This document shows, piece by piece, positions 61,201 to 64,000 of a stretch of 64,000 nt of DNA (the stretch's first letter is position 1; every line of letters begins with the position of its first letter). The position numbers and the translations under genes are program-made. Under the pieces are notes generated by a model. The model did not search any database and had not been told where the DNA came from. It saw only the letters and a program-made list of their open reading frames with translations. The stretch covers positions 682,001 to 746,000 of the forward strand of contig CDPCPM010000320.1 of assembly GCA_976551045.1 (NCBI GenBank), given 5' to 3'. This DNA comes from Glaucostegus cemiculus (lineage: Eukaryota).

Positions 61201-64000
61201 TGTAACAGCACCTGTCCCCACAATAGTGAAGCTCATTATATCATGGCATATAAGCATTACCAGTGACAATCTCCAAATAAAAAGGTCCAAGTTCAAGTAT
61301 TTGTTAATCATTTTGGTCAGAAGGGACAAGCAGAGAAAATTATACTTGGGTTCAATTAATTTTGTATGATGATATTATAAGATATCATGAGGCAAAATGA
61401 ATTTGTACTGTGTCAATTCCTTAAAGGCCAAAAACCCATCACAAAATTGCCCAAGTATAGCATTAATAATCTTAATGAATGCGTGGATAAGTTACTAAGG
61501 GCCCAAGAGCACTTGGATCGCCTCGTGGGTTCCCTGTGCATTCACTGGAGTTAGGGAACATTATATGTCTTCACTTTTGGGTATGCTGTGAGTTAGGATG
61601 GTTTGATATTGGCCCTGGGTTCCTAATACAAATAAGAGGCCCGTTTTTTCTGAACAAAGTTCAATTTGACAAGCACCAAGTGAAAAAGGTGAACAGTAGT
61701 TTAAAATGTGATGTCCAGAATATTTAAAAAGTAATCAAAAATAAAAACAAAATGAAATATGGTTTGCAAGACTGAAATTGGCTTCAATAAAGTTGATAGA
61801 TTTTATACTCACTTCAGTGATCTCAACAGGCTCAAAACAATTCTGGGCCAAAAACCTTTAGCATGTATTCAAACCTTTTGCAGAATTTGAGGTTCGCTGC
61901 ATATCAACAACATATTCCATAGTACAAAGTGACTGATGCTCCCTTTAGCTCAGCAAATTGTATCTTCCTGCAGAACTACTTTCTGCATCAAAGAGAAGTT
62001 TCTAACTCACTTTGTCAGCCATAATTTTTTTCCACTTTATGAAACATATGGAGCTTCAGATACCAGTAAAATACTGCAGCAAAACTCGTGATCTCAGAAG
62101 CCAAACACACCATAGCTTCATAAAAGTAACTCAACCACAGAACAGGTTGCAACTGTGAGGTCCATGGAAACTGGTGTCAAACTTTACATTTGCCACATTG
62201 CACAAAACTCAAATTCCATCTCGATTCCTGGTAATTGATACGTGTCACCAAACTTTTAAATTCATGAGGTTTTTCTAGATTCCCAAATGAATAATAAAGC
62301 ACCATTAGCACTTCTATCTAATAAGCAAGCATTAAAGTTAATTAACTGGTCCTACACTGAGCACAAGTCCTTTCCACTTAATCATCTCTTTTCACCTTGC
62401 ACATGAACTTCTATCCCTGCGAAATCCAAAAGGAATTGTTGGAAAACAACAGGCATGTTGACGATGATACTATCTATTAAACTGGTGAATTTTCCTAACA
62501 CAATTCTTAAGGGGTCTACTTCAGAAACATATTTAATTAGACCTTCAATGTGAAGCTTTGCAGTACTTTACTTTCAACCAAGATGAAAACTCTCACATGC
62601 ATTTTAACAAGAATTACACCAGTATCGTTCCTATCACTGGTAAGTTTTGAGATAAAACTTACACCAGCTATTCATAATTTTCCTGAACTGTTTTATTAAG
62701 GCAAAATCCCTGTCATCTCCAACACGGATTCTGAATTTCTGGTGATGAAATCCATAATAGCCTGAGGCTTAGCCAGAAGTAAAGTTGGTGTTTCTTTTCT
62801 TTCCATCTTCTAATACCCATCAAGATTACTATCACACATGCTAACATTTTCATTTTTATGAATTTCATTCTGATACTCCAACTCTAGCAGTCACATTCTC
62901 TTCCTGCACCTGTATCACTCCATATAGTGCAGCTATTCAAGAAGCCACCTTGATATTCCTCTCCCTCCTAATTTTCACCTTTGCCTCTGCCATTGACTCT
63001 TATTTAAAATAATGACCTTGGCTACAGGCTTTAATTAGCAGGAAGGATCACAGGGGATATGAGGAAAAATCCTCACCCAAAAATTACGGGGATCTGGAAT
63101 TTGCTGCCTGACAGGGGTGGGGAAGCAATAACCCTTGTTCCACTTAAAAAGGATGAACACCTGAACAGATTTAACCACAAGCAGCAGATAGAAATGAGTG
63201 GTAGTAACCTACTAAATAGCTTCATTTTTAAATTCAGATTATTCCCACATTCTACAGTTTTGACAATATGGCTTCACTGTCATCAACTTTAGGGATTTAT
63301 ATATTGCACCATTATTGATCATTTTAATAATAAACAATAATAAATAAACAAAAATAGTCCTTTAATCTATTATGTATGGTGTGCTGAGCCTCAGGACAAG
63401 CAGCCAAAATATCAGTTTACCATATATTTGCTGTGCTGTTTTAATTTCTCCCTAGACTTCAGTTTCTGGAGAGCAGAAAGGGGATGAGTGTGGGAAGCAA
63501 AACATCAAAAAAGTCAGATGCTGACTTGTCAACATTTTTTAAAAATTTTATGACACTAATCAAATTCTTGGCTACAATTCACTAGTCTGGCCGAACAGAA
63601 ATGAGGAAATATTAGTGTTAACAAAAATGCATTTATTTGCACTGAAATGTCAAGCTGACACTTGGGAGGGGAAAATATCACCCTGCATTCCTGTTTCTGC
63701 TTACTATCAAAGCCAACTGCTGGAAAAATGTGATCATAAGATCATAAAAGAAAAAAGGCATTTCTGCAACACCCCACAGCTCATCAGCAAAGACTCACTG
63801 ATTCCTCATCAAGGAAGAATGGTCATTCTGGCACAACATGATGCCTCAAAAGTTGAGGGGAAATAAAGGAATGGAGAATTTAAAAGTTACAATATACATG
63901 TAGTCTCGTTTCCTACACTTCATATTAAATAGTAAATTAAAGGTGATCTCATTAGGAATGGAGTATTAATTTTTTTGGAATAAAGGGAAACTGCCCTAAT

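Noticed and set aside
58251-64000. Search for the ET-domain exon
   Set aside because: No ET-like coding segment was found. The region appears intronic with decayed repeats, so the upstream exon lies outside the window.
1-64000. Prokaryotic-type systems (CRISPR, operons, tRNA/rRNA genes)
   Set aside because: The sequence is vertebrate intron-exon DNA. The tRNA-like A/B boxes belong to SINE heads, and no repeat-spacer arrays were seen.

Overview
This is AT-rich eukaryotic genomic DNA. The repeat content (tRNA-headed V-SINE/HE1-like SINEs, Deu-domain SINE, CR1, L2, Rex1/Babar and Penelope relics) points to a cartilaginous fish (shark or ray). The window holds the 3' part of a BRD4 gene on the minus strand. 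I reconstructed 11 coding exons by hand (58250->12563). They join in one open frame of 2030 nt (about 675 aa) and end in the BRD4 C-terminal P-TEFb-binding motif [22 protein letters not shown], followed by a ~1.6 kb 3' UTR. The bromodomain and ET exons lie beyond position 64000. The most notable observations are: (1) a 120-nt exon at 58131-58250 encoding the post-ET coiled-coil '[13 protein letters not shown]', typical of BRD2/BRD3/BRDT and fly fs(1)h but, as I recall, absent from human BRD4; (2) an in-frame stop built into the SEED-exon donor (G|GT TAG), followed by ~5 kb of repeat-poor, UTR-like sequence, suggesting a short BRD4 isoform made by read-through; (3) a GC-AG intron; (4) a young Rex1/Babar LINE nested in a CR1 LINE. 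Comparisons with known proteins and repeats are from memory, not from database searches. Repeat boundaries are approximate.
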